DNA from: Amphiscolops sp. MND2022
Lineage: Eukaryota
Assembly: GCA_964187785.1 (NCBI GenBank)
Contig: OZ076410.1
Coordinates: forward strand, 33,294,001-33,358,000
Length of the DNA stretch: 64,000 bases
Direction: 5' to 3'
This document shows, piece after piece, positions 24,801 through 36,698 of this stretch; position 1 is the first letter of the stretch; every line of letters starts with the position of its first letter. The notes under the pieces were generated by a model, which saw nothing but the letters and a program-made list of their open reading frames with translations, did not search any database and was not told the DNA's origin. A program made the translations under genes and the position numbers.

Positions 24801-26177
24801 GTTGCGTTATGTTTACAGTGGCCGAAACGTGTCCTCGATTTTCTAGGAGCAGCAGTGATAGTAACATGGTTGCTGAGCGTGAACTGTCACAATTCGTTCG
24901 GAGGCTGATGCGTTTAGTGTATCCTGAATCATCCATACCTGCTGAGTATGAAGTGGATTCTCTCCTGAAGCCAGTGGATCGCGATTTCTCTACAATAGAC
25001 GAGAGTCTGTACCAACTGCATTTCAGGTATGACGTATTTCCGGTATGACGTTCGCACACAACTCCCGTTCTTCTACCGGTCAGTGCAGAAATTGTTGGGA
25101 GTGATATGCACAGAGCTTGTGGGGACGTGGCAATGTGGAGCTATTGACCACTTCAGTCTGACTCCTTTCGATCCACTGTTGGTGCATGGTGGGTCTGATG
25201 ATCGCTGTATTGATGCTTTGGTCGGAACCTGTGCTACTCTTTCTCGTTATAATTTAATGAGCGACACCATAGCTGCGAATACCCTGAGACAATATCGGGA
25301 AGTGGCCCAATTTTTCAAAACCAAGTGGACCTTGATTGAAGGCATGCCTGCAGTGGATGATGTAATCACGATGTGGTTCTCGTATCCTTTTTGGTCTCGA
25401 TGTCAAGAGTTGTTGTCAGTGCTGAACCTATTGTTTGGACTTGCAGTTGTCGGAACTTACAACCCTAACTTCAGTGATGAGTTTGGTACTGCTATAGCTG
25501 TTGATACTCAGCGTTCTAGTCTGCATCTTGTCAGGAGTTGGTTTTCGAAGATGTTTGCGGGTCATACCCGTCAATCGCTCACTGGGCTACTACGTGTTTG
25601 TTCTACTAGTGATATGCAAGTGTCCCGATTAACAGATGAGGCGCGGTGCAGGCCTTGGGATCGGTTTATCAAATCAAGTCTGAGTGAAGCTCTCTCTTTG
25701 GGAAATGCTGTATTGACCAATGATCTAACTACTACCTCAACTGTGCCTATTGATGATTATCGATCGAATGTCTTGGCTCAATTGGATCTTGTGGAGGTAT
25801 TGAGTCCCCCACGAGCTGGACGGCGAAGCAGTCCCATTGGTGTCAGTAGTGCTAAGTCAAAAAAGAGTGCACGGAGGCAGATTGATGTGACCTTGGGCAT
25901 TAGTGCGCCGTTTTCCGTTCAGACAGCCCCCAAGAAGAAGAGATCCGCCGTTAAGAATCCTAGAGGTGCGAGACGTTGTATGCCTTCAACTAGTCGTGGT
26001 GGTGTCCTTACGAGACAGTCAGTTGGGCGTAGAACAGGAGGGATTCCCCGAGGAACGAAACACTTGCAGTTAGCTAATGTTGTTGGCTCCGATGACGATT
26101 CAGCTAGTGAAGTAGTTGTGAGCGGGAGGAAACGACTGAGCTGTATTCAAATGGATTCGTCTGGATCAGGCAATTAA
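21889..26177 (+). CDS. Seven-exon antisense gene of element C; ~1,130-aa degenerate hAT-transposase-like protein. Exons 21889(ATG 21909)-22164, 22370-22504, 22629-23025, 23135-23697, 23840-24328, 24464-24674, 24819-26177; two frame lesions (~22976-22996 homopolymers; 16-bp duplication 25020-25051)
   Basis: Six GT..AG introns with phases 1,1,1,0,0,1 all compatible; ARCLLCKVDLSIAERGLSSLWEHWRGVEH finger; SLAALCAEVVEYWNDLAVYF resembles the hAT RWLSL..AV.R.LE.W..L..YF block. Confidence 0.78.
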
Positions 26178-27750
26178 ATGTATGCGAACTTGTCTACCGT
26201 GAAACTTATTTAGAAACTGTTATCTTTTCTGTTTGTTTTTTGGTCATAATTCACTACAGTGAATTATTTGTGCTATTCCGATTCATTTTTGGTCAGTGTA
26301 GATTTGCTATTTGCTCGATGTGATTTGATTATGTTACATTTTGATTTACATTTTGTGTGACGGCCTATGATTTGGTCTACATTTAGCTGATTGGTCGGCT
26401 AGTTTGCATGTTTTTCATGTAAATTTACATGTTGACTGTGTTATACTAATTTTTTGCGTGTGAACTTCGTTAGCTGGTTTCAAAATGTTGGAGCGATAGG
26501 CTCAGCTTTGCAAGTCATTCAAGTTCTAGTAGAGTAGTCGCCTAGGTAACTACCATTGAAAAGCTCTCACTCACCAAGTGCCATTCTCGTTTACAGCGTT
26601 GTTCATGATTATGGCTTACATGTGACAGAGGTGGAAACTTGATGGGTGGGTGGAGTCGCTCAACTCCTAGAGATGATTTGAACTTTTTGAGTAGCTGCTT
26701 TTATAGTGCTCTAGTTGGTTGTTTGACAGGTGTTTACTAACTTAAGTGTCAATTTAATCTGTCAATTCATGTCGAGTTTTACATATGTTTATTTCTCATG
26801 TAGCGTTATTCTTGACGTCGTCATCGTTGATGTGTGTCATGCGACGTCATCACTCATGTCGTGTGTCAAGTGTTAACGTCAATTTTAATGGTAGATGGGT
26901 TTCCCCATGGCCATTAAACTTTTTGATAAGGGGTGGTGTGTACCATCCCTTGTTACGAATCTTCGGTGATGTAGTGAATATGACTGCATGTTTTTTGTTG
27001 TTCTGTCCTTCCTGCCGCGAGGCGAAGCCTACGAATCAACAGTAAGAACAAAAGTGTCGTGATCTAAATTCAATGTAGAGGTGACGACTGCATTTTACTG
27101 TCCTAGGAAAGGTTTTATATGTTGTTCGTTGGATTGGGAAGGTTATTTGCCGTCGCAAAAACCCATACAAAACTAGCACCGAATCCACTTGCTAAAGAGC
27201 AAGCTTCATCTGAATGTTTGCACAACCACACAGACGCGTTTTTGATGACGCACCCACACAGCCGAACCACATCATGATTTCAGAGGCGGAAGTGCGGGAC
27301 TAGATTTTGGCGGTGTAACTTAACTAAGGCAGCTATCTCTTTTGCATGTTCGGTTGTGTGCTATTACTTTTGCTAAAATGGTTTATTTCTGTCGTCATAA
27401 GGTTGGTAAGTACAGAATTGCGAAGCAATTCCTTTGAAAGCGTGTGGTTGGGGTTTTCTGTGAATTGCATAATTTAGTAGCTCGATTGCATGTGTTTTAC
27501 ATGTACTTAATAATTTCCGGTTAACGTGATGTGGTGTGTATGACTGCATTACATGTAGTTACTTTTGCGCTCAGCTGTCTCGGTAGAGAGTAACAATTTA
27601 CTCTGCCGGTAAACTCAAGTATGTCGGACAGTGAGTATCAGTCGTCACTGAATGGCGTAAAGTAGACTAAATAATTTAAAGGTATGATTGATGCATGTGG
27701 TGTTGTAGACTACATTCAGTTGAATGTGAAAATGAAATTTTAGGAAAATT

Positions 27751-30700
27751 TTACCAAAGGCTTGTTGATTTGCGTTGCATGAATTTTAAGAGTGCGGGCT
27801 TTGCTTGCAGTTCATGAACAAGAAAGTTGTCAAACGTTTTAGGCACGGGTGCCTCGCGAAGGCTGTATCGGGTAATGTTATTTCGTGTAATTGGTTGGGG
27901 TGTTTCGGCAGATGATGCGGTCGATTCCGCATCATTATTTGGATGGCTTTGTTGCTCAGGCAGTTGATCAGAAGACGGTGTGTCCATTTCATTTGATTGA
28001 ATTTCAGCTTCAGATCGATGTGTACTGTCGGTGTGGACGGTCTCAGGTAGAGGGTTATCCAGAGGTGGTACCTCATGAACCCTTTTGTGTTCGTAAAAGA
28101 TTGCTCCATGCTCAGAGTCGACTGTGTCAGTTTCATTTGTGTCTAGTTCTACTGTGTTTTCAGCTGGAGGTAGCGTTTCGGATGCAGGTAGATTATCGTT
28201 GAATATTGATTGATCGTCGATTGCGTCAGGATCACTATAGTGTCGTGATGCATCGTCGTGTATGTCTTCGATGGGATCGTGTGGTACGAATGGGCGAAGC
28301 CGCATTCTATGTACGCACTGTGTTCGGAAAGTACCAATTTTTCTGATGATATAGTTTGACTGTGACAGGACTTTAATTACCTTGTAAGGTCCTTCCCATT
28401 TGAAAGAATTGAAAGGGATTTTTTTGGATTGCTGGCCAATTTTGGGGTTCAGTAAAAAGACAAAGTCGTTTACTTTTAAAGGTGACGCTTCCGCTTTCCT
28501 GTCATAGTACTACTTGTATTTATGGAAAGCACGGATTATGTTGGTGTGTGTCTCTTTGAATTTCGCATTCAGGTTATCCACTAACGTCTTCGCGTCAACA
28601 GCGTTTCGAGGCGGATTGAGGGGGTTGCTGAACTTCAGATCTAGTGCATTATATGGTACTCGACCGTGGAAGACTTCAGTTGGAGAGCACTTCAGAGTCT
28701 GGTGGTAAGTCGTGTTATGTGCCATCACAGCGAGATTGACGTATCGGTCCCATTGTGGGCGGTCCACGGAAACGTTTATTTTCAGGACTTGTTTCCAGCG
28801 TTGATGTGATCTCTCGATCATCCCAATTGTTTGGGCATGTTTAATCGTTGCGTGGGAGACTTTGATCCCGGCTTTGTTCATCAGTTCAGTTATGACTTCG
28901 GACGTGAATGCAGAGCCTTTGTCGGTGATAATGTGTTTCGGTACATATGCATGTTTTGTGAAAATGTCTAGTAGAGCATTGACGACGGATTTCGTGTCAG
29001 GTTTGCGAATCGGGATAGCAAACAGATAACGTGAAAAATAGTCACAGGCCATCAGAATGTGTGAGTACCCATTAGATCGCGGCAACGCACCTACGAGATC
29101 GATTTCAAGAACATCCTCAGGACCGTTGCAGGGGTCATAAATTGGTTCGAGTGGAGGTATCAGAGTGTTTGGTTTTGCAGGTTTCGTTTTAATACATTCT
29201 TGGCAGTTGTTTACAAACTCTTGGACCTTTTCGGTTAAGTTTGGGACGTAGTACCTTTTCCTTAGTTCACTTAGCATTTTGGAAGCGCCAGGGTGTCCCT
29301 GCATGGGGTCGCCATGCATCGTCCTGATTATGGCTTCCGTAGTTTCTGGAGGAACTACAATTTGTCGGTAAGCTAGTTTTCGTACGTTGTCAAAAAACTG
29401 CCTGTACAACACGTTGTTCACTACTTCAAGTCTTTTACGGTTCTTGAAAAGTTTTTGGAAAAAGGTACTTGTAAAGTTCACTTGGTTCGGAGGGGTTTCC
29501 TGGACGGTAAGAATCCTAATTACACGTTGAACGTCACTGTTTTCGCCTTGAGCCTTAACAATTTCTGAAGTCCCCGAAGGGCATACCTGATTTACCATAT
29601 GAACCTGGTTCTGTTGGTAGAATCGGGTGAAGAAAAGGGTCGGGTCGGAAGGCGTCACAAATGGTTGTATCTGGGACCTGATCTCACTGATGCGTCTATC
29701 GTACTGTTCCCCGTCTTCGTGGTGTTGCCGTGGGAACATTTCCAGTAGCGTTTGCATCGTCGGATTTGATGATGTGGTCGCACCAGGTACATCGTGGTCT
29801 TCTGGGATGTACTCCTCCTCGTCATCGTCTTGTTTAGGCGTTTTGGATGCCAGGTCGATTTCAACTTTAAAGACTGGTATTTCGTCGTGGAGTTTGAGGT
29901 GGATCCTGTCTTTCGGTCTAATGTCAATTCTGGACAGGTAGTCGGCTGCTGGGTTTTCGACGCCAGGTACATGGGCCAGGACGAAGTCGAATTGGAGGGC
30001 CTGGTCGCAGTAGTTCCACAGTTTCGGAGGTATTCGCTTTGACTGGAAAAATCTTGTGAGGGCTTTGTTGTCAGTCATGACAATTGTTGGCTTCGTCACT
30101 CCCCACAAGATATGAGCGAATTCGTCGAAGGCGAAGTGCATGGCCAGGAACTCTTTTGCATACATCGTGATTGACATCTGGCCCTCAGTAAACCTTTGTG
30201 AACCAAAGGCTACTGGTGCGTATGACTTCGTTGGTCCATCATTCGTCTCGGTGTAATCCTCGATCAAGTGAACGTATCCAGCTGCATGCTCGCTAGCATC
30301 GCACATGATCACGAGCTGTTTGTCCGGAAGTGGTAGTCGCAGGGACATCTTGGCTGCATTTGCGAGGTTCTCATTGATGTCGAACATGGCATCTTTGTGG
30401 ACTTGAGTTAGTTCGAATTTGACGTCTTTCTGCAGGAGTTTGTAGAGTGGTACAAGTTTTTCAGCTAGGCATGGGATGTATTGGCGGTAGAACTGGACGA
30501 ATCCAATGTACCGTTGCAAGGACTTCACAGACGTTGGTAGTTTGATGTTTTTCAAGAACCTGTCAATTTTTTCCTCGATGGGAGCAACTCCCTTGGAGGT
30601 GATGCTTCGTCCCAGAAATTCTATCTCGGGGTGTCCGAAAGCGCATTTACCCATTGACAGTTTCAGGCCAGCTTGTCTGATTTTGATGAACACAGCCTCA

Positions 30701-32697
30701 ATATTGTCGACGAGCTCTTCGACATTGTTGGCTGCAATGCCGATGTCGTCGACGTATTGGGCACATTTGTCAGCCTTGACCAAGGGGTCCAAGTACTCTC
30801 GAACAGTACTGTTGAAGGCTGATAGTGATCGGTTCAATCCTTGGGCTAGTCTGAGGTAGGCGAACGTCCTACTTCCAAAGTTGAAAGCGAGTAACTGGAC
30901 TGACTGTTCATCTGCCATCTGCAAGCAGTGATATGCTTGTGAACAGTCAAGTTTGCAGAAGTATCGCTTTCCTGCCATGTGCTGCGCTGCATCTGCCATC
31001 GTCGTCACCGGATGATTGTGTTGATTGTAGTCGTTCTTCAGTAGGTGATTGATTCTTCTCAGATCTACGAGGATTTTAAGCTTCCCATTCGGCTTGCGTT
31101 GGGCGAAGATGGGTGATGAGTACTTGCTGTACGGCAATGTTGTGATTATGCCGTACTCCTGCATCAACGCCAATTCAACGAGTAAGTCGTCCTTCAGGTT
31201 CGTCGGTGTGGGTAAGCTTTGGGCATAGACTGGTTCGTCGTGTTTAGGAGTCAACTTTATCTTGAATTCGGTGTTGATTCCTATGTCCAGTCTATGTCTG
31301 GCGAAGATGTCATGGTACTTGACCAATAGATCCTCAATTTGTTGCTTCTCGTGAGGGTTCAGTATTGATTGTTCCCACTGGGAAGTTGCCAGAAATTCAT
31401 GCCGTTGTTCTTCGCTTGCTGTTGGATCCAGTTTCTCCTCTGCCCTGAGTTTGACGATTTCGTCATGGATTCGTTTTTCAATCCTGTTGAGTTTTGATGG
31501 GTCGTCACAAGTCTCAGGGGTAGGGTACCATCGTCTATCTGATTTGGTAGTCGGATCCTGGAAGATTTGGTTCAAGACAGCTTCAGCATCATCTGGGTAC
31601 TGTGAAATCAGGTGTAGTTGGTGATTGGTCATCGGTTGAAGGTTGTTAGCTTGCTTCGGTGTCATTATCTTGAATGATGCTACCGGTGTACCCACATTGA
31701 TGGTGATTTGGTAGTCGAGTGGGTTTGTGATCTGGACATGAGTCCGCCCCTCCTGGGTCTCGCTGAGAGCCGGAGAAACCAACAGGTGTGAGCGTCTTTC
31801 GAACGCTGGTAGTCCTTCGACAGTGCCAGTGATGTCACCTAGATCGCGTTCAATCTTCACTGGGACGAACACTTGTTGGTTGGGTTGGATCACAGTCTTC
31901 TGGGTTGTCTTCAGTTCTAGTAGTTTGTTCTTGAATTTCCCGTTGACTGATCGCAGTTGGAGGGTGATGTCCGGGAATTAGACGATGTTGTTGGCCAGGT
32001 CTAGCGTAACGGAGTATTTTTTGAAGAAAGACATTCCTATAAGTACGTTCCCTATCGTCGGGAGGACCATGAATGTTTCTTCAAATATTTTGCCGCCGAT
32101 GAAGAATCGAAGCAGGACTTGCTTCTTGACTGGGACGATGTTTCCGTTGGCAATCTGCACTTTGAACTCCGGGGCAGGGAGTTCCTGGAGGAGGGCGGCT
32201 GGGTGGGCTGCAAGGATGCGGCGGAGTTCCGCTTCTGAGAGAGCACTCTGGATTGCTCCCGTGTCAAGTAGGCCGAAGTTTTCGTATTCTCGGAATTGGA
32301 GTGGTACGTAGAGCATCCTGTCCTTTTTATTGAGTTGGAGGGTGGCACTCAACTGGCGTATTTCGTACTTCGGCTTCTTCTGTTGGTTTTGTGGTTTTGG
32401 CGATGTGGTTCGTTTGTCATCATTTGGTTGGTCAGGCAGTGTGCATTCTGAACTCGGCTGTTGGATGTTGTGGACTTCGGGTCTTCGCTTGGTCTCCTTT
32501 GGTTTAATGGTGTAGTTGTCAGTTGAATGTCTTGTGATGACAAAGTTAGTAGTCTCCTTAGTGTAAGTTGGAGGACGGGACTGCCACCCCGTATGGTTTC
32601 CAGTATGTAGTCGAGTCTGAGGAGTAGTTTGTTGGTGTTGGTTTAGTAGCGCACTTTTGTATGTTTGAGGAGGATGACGTGGCTTTAGAAGTTTTTT
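27751..32697 (-). pseudogene. pol: pol of element C: protease, RT, RNase H, integrase with GPY module; in-frame stops at ~31978 and ~28510
   Basis: LLDTGAIQS; YFCKLDCSQAY; YVDD; MCDASEHAAG; MHGDPMQGHPG...CQEC; LEIDLVGAL...ITDKGSAF...GMIERSH; WEGPYKV. Confidence 0.95.
32691..32697 (-). promoter_or_regulatory. -1 ribosomal frameshift slippery heptamer A AAA AAC at the gag/pol junction of element C
   Basis: gag ends CCA AAA AAC TTC TAA; the -1 frame is open from here into the protease ORF. Confidence 0.75.
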
Positions 32698-33855
32698 GGA
32701 TCTTCTACGTCATCGTGTCGTTCTGTTTCCTCAGCATTTTCGGTGTCATCGTTGGGGTTGTGGGACATCTCATTGGCGTTGTAGACCCTGTTGTTGGTCT
32801 GTTTGAAGTCCCTTCTAAATTGTCGGTTTTCCTCGGTCGACTGCTTAGGATACGGGACGCTGCGGTAGGCTGATGTCGCAGTATTCCTATAGTAGCAATC
32901 TCGGGCGGAGTGTCCCACTTTGCCACAGATTTGGCATACAAGTTTGGCGTTGTATTTCGGCCTGATCTCTTGAGGTTGGGCTGGTTGTTGCTGGTTTTGG
33001 CCCTGGGGTTTGGTTGGTGCTTCCTCCCGGAGGCGTTTCCTGCACTCAGCCCACTTGTGACCATGTATTCCGCAGTGGCGACATTGGCCATCAAATTTTC
33101 GTTTTGTCTCCCTGGGTTGCTGGGTTTGGACGTTAGATGTCTGAGGTGTGGTTACATTCGGCTGGGGTGCGCTTATCTGATTGAATGGTTGCGCATTGGT
33201 TGCGTTAGGAATGAGCTGCGCATATTGACATCTGCGCTGCACAAATGTCCTGATCTCCTCCATCGATGCAACGTGTTTGCCTGCCATGGCCAAATCGTTT
33301 TGCATTTGGACTGGGAGTTTCGCAAATAGAAACGTCTCTGTAATATCACTGGACTTGTCCCCAAATGCCTGCTTTGCGACCTTTTTGAACTTGTTGAGGA
33401 AGTCATTGAAGGTCTCTGCTGTAGGGTCGTAGCGCATTTGGTCAAATTTGTATTTGGCCACTTCCTTCAAATCTTCTTTTGCGTATTCCTTCTTGCAGTA
33501 ACGCAGTACTTGGGCCAGTGTCGTCTGGTTCGTTATTTTCAGCGACTGCCAAAATTCAATGGCATCGTCGCGTAACAAGCTCTGGAAATATGTCAGTTTC
33601 TGTTCTTCTGACAATTTGTGTTGGTGTGGCCTGAGGTGGTTGAGCAGCAGGTGCTCAAACTCGTTCTACTTTTCCCGGTTTCCGCGGAATAGTGGAACTT
33701 GTGTGTGCAATATTTTTGGATGTTGCACCGTGTCCGTCATCGTGTCCCTCAGATGATGGATTTCAGTGACAATGTCATCGTACTGCTGGGCGGATGACTG
33801 AGGGTATTGTGAGGTGGATTGTCGTGGTGGGTTCGGTAGGTAGTTGGTCGTTGGA

Positions 33856-33868
33856 ACTCCTGTCACCA
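33856..33868 (-). promoter_or_regulatory. Primer-binding site TGGTGACAGGAGT (tRNA-Leu-like)
   Basis: Immediately follows the LTR terminal CA; identical 13-mer is the PBS of element E. Confidence 0.8.
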
Positions 33869-34896
33869 TGTCGGAACGTGCATCAAGTTCATTTGATGTG
33901 GTAATGTTAGGGGCGTTCCCTTCTCTATCATTAGAGGATGACTTTTCATTAGACGATATTTTCTCGGTTAGAGCTAGAACTAGATTCGTCAGTTCACTTA
34001 TTTGTCTGTTCATTTCCGTAAATCTCTGATTTACGGCTTGGCGTTCTGACTCGCCACTGAAATCCAACAGATTTCCATTGTCGAACTCGTTTATCTGTTC
34101 TCTCGTGAGAACTTCAGGGACACTACTTTCACGTTCGGTATCGCTATGTCGGTCAGGTCGGCACATGTGCGTTCGCTGGTTTTCTGCCACTTGAGATCTG
34201 GTATTGACCATTTTGAAGAGATATTGGGTTTTTGAGGTTTTATTGAGTAATTGAGAGAATGGTTAAGTATTCTAGTGATGAAATTATATCAAACTGAGAG
34301 GTACGTATTTAGCAAACTGTTCGTAAAACTATCGCAAAATCTTCTGATGGTACAATTTCACTTGGTAGCAATTATGGCGACGTTGGTCACGTGACCACAT
34401 CAACCAATCACATCGCTATTTTCGTTCGCACCTTTGTTAGTAATCGCGCAATATTGTCGCAGCACCAAAATGAAATGTAGTTACGTTGCTATGGTTGCAT
34501 GACTCAATTTGTATGATGATGTGGTTGCACTACTAGCATCATATATGTGAATGGTTAATGTATATAATTGTTTACAGGACTGACTGCACTGAAACGAAAT
34601 CTGATGATGGCGTATCAGCCACATTACTTTCACTTCTAATTAAAATTCACGAAATTAATTTAAATGACATACGTAACTAATATGTGAAATATGGGGGATA
34701 ATAGTAAAGTTATTTAGGGACTGAATAGAAATGAGGCTTTTTAGCAGATTCTAGTTCGAGTTTTATGATGTGGTTGACTTCACCACATTCTTTCCTTTCA
34801 TCATCATCCTTTTACTGTTTGCATTTGTTTTGAGTTCAGGTATGCAGGATGGTTGACCACATCCTTGTTTGATATTTTCATGCGTCAGGCATGACA
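33869..34896 (-). repeat. 5' LTR of element C
   Basis: TGTCATGC...TTCCGACA, direct repeat of 19965-20992. Confidence 0.93.
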
Positions 34897-36670
34897 GGGT
34901 GCATCACGTAGATTCCCCTCTGGTACAACAAAAGTAATTGTGCGAGCTTTGGATAGTAAATTATTCATTCTAACACTTTGGGTTGGTTCTTTTTCAGCGA
35001 TGTGATTCGATTAGGTGAAAAGGGCTATTGATATTTTCCAGCTTCACCAATAGTTTATCGTGTAGAGCTGTATCGAAATCCTTGTATTTGTCAAGTAACT
35101 TGATATGAAAAGCAGCCACTGTCTTTGTATCGATATACAAGATCAATAATTTCAAAATGATGGCTGGTATTTTTTTACCGCGAACAAAGTCGGGTTGAAA
35201 AGGAGATAACTGACTTCTAATTCCCTCATACGGATAACCAAAAACGATTTACTCGAACATAAAAACTAGTTTCGGGAGAGTGCTAGTAGTACAGTAGTTT
35301 TCAATTCAATGCAGAAATCCAGGCTTGCGAGACATGCGAATTGGCGTTACCCAGAATTGTTTCCTTCGGCCTGGCTAGCTTTTCAATTCAAATATACCAG
35401 CGAACAGGTGATAAACGTGTTGAGTAAGAGTTTGACACCTATCTTTGAAAAATACTAAGTTACCTACATCATTCCGAGCGAAAAACGACTAAGATAGAAA
35501 GATGTCTGGGTGACTACAGGTTGACTGTGAAGTAGTAGATGCAGGGAGTGCTGTTGAGCGTTTAATAGAACTTCAAGAGACTTTTTTGGAGATTGTTTGG
35601 ACCTTATTTGGAGATACTGTTTGAAACATTTCCTTTTAGCTTTTTTTCTCTGATTTAGCGTCAAATGCATAGTATGTGATGCTTAGCAATCAAAGTACAT
35701 GAGTTTATTCGGATGTTTAGTGCAAATAGTAGCATTGACAGACAGATGAAGAAAAGCAAACCTACAGTTGAGATAGACCTTTTTGTAGGAAGACATTGAA
35801 AACCTTTTCGTAAGAAATGAAATTGTTAAAATCACAAAAGGTTGCATTGAAAGCAATTTGGCCAAAAACTTCTCATCATTTGTAGTAGTTTCTTTAATGG
35901 ACCAATAATCAAACGAAGTGAAAAACTGTTCTGGAAAGTGATCCAAAAACACCTCGGAAATTTTGTATAACTGGACTCGTATGAATCATTTATGAAAAGA
36001 CCTGAGGTGTTGCCTGAAGCATGAGTAATGAAGCAATGTCTCTGACCATTTCGACGAGCTCAAGGGTTGGAAGGAGTTGGAGACTTCTAGATTTTTGAAA
36101 ATTTGTAGTATAAATTGTGTCCCAATTGATACATGGATAGTTGAAATCACCAGAAACGAAGAATTGTTTCTGATAATTTAATTTACATTTGGTGATGGTG
36201 AAACAATGTCAATGTCATAGGAGGTGTGGGGGCGAATTCTCCTCTCAAAATTGATCTGGGCTTGGCAGTTTGTAGACGATACCGTCTTATTTTCAACTTT
36301 AGCATCGATGCTCTATGATTTTAGTACAGATATACTCAATCTCAAATGTCAAGTTGTAGATCTAAAATCAAACGGTGTCTGCTGATATTCCCATTAGTGA
36401 TCGTCACAAGCAATTCTTTCAGCTCGGTGCTTTTTGATAACCCGTACTGTCAACCAAGGGAAATCCATCGGTGGTCATCGGTGGACCACCAATGGCCATC
36501 GGTGGGGGGGAAATTAGCTTACGTGGAGGCTTTCCCACCGGTGGTGGCTTTCCCATCGGTGGAAAATTCGAAAATTTTCAAAGTGAAAATTTCGTTCAAC
36601 ATTTCTAGCAACTGAATGTTGGTACACGAAATACCTTGAGACGATATTCCCAACCTTAATACATCAAACT

Positions 36671-36698
36671 GGGGAAATGGGAAATGGGAAATGGGAAA
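36671..36698 (+). repeat. (GGGAAAT)4 tandem repeat; G3N4 quadruplex-compatible
   Basis: ggggaaatgggaaatgggaaatgggaaa. Confidence 0.7.

Larger units (their letters stand above)
32685..34211 (-). pseudogene. gag: gag of element C (starts inside the 5' LTR; one premature TAG at ~33666; two CCHC knuckles)
   Basis: PLFRGNREK*NEFEHLLLNHL...EEQKLTYFQSLLRDDAIEFW; CRHCGIHGHKWAEC; CQICGKVGHSARDC. Confidence 0.92.
19965..34896 (-). mobile_element. Element C: full-length 14.9-kb Ty3/Gypsy LTR retrotransposon with antisense accessory gene
   Basis: 1028-bp LTRs at 19965-20992 and 33869-34896 (about 20 differences by eye, ~98%); TGTC...GACA ends; PBS; flanks ggatg/gggtg (5-bp TSD, 1 mismatch). Confidence 0.93.

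Noticed and set aside
21000-27700. Autonomous hAT transposon nested in element C
   Set aside because: No TIRs or 8-bp TSD were found by eye, catalytic residues are missing, and a homologue sits in the same position and orientation in element A; not formally excluded
28514-33756. Many 60-140 aa ORFs opposite gag/pol here and in elements B and E
   Set aside because: Shadow frames of real coding sequence with no independent features
35460-36060. Possible host exon(s) on the minus strand
   Set aside because: Short frames with stops, no recognisable domain and no consistent splice chain
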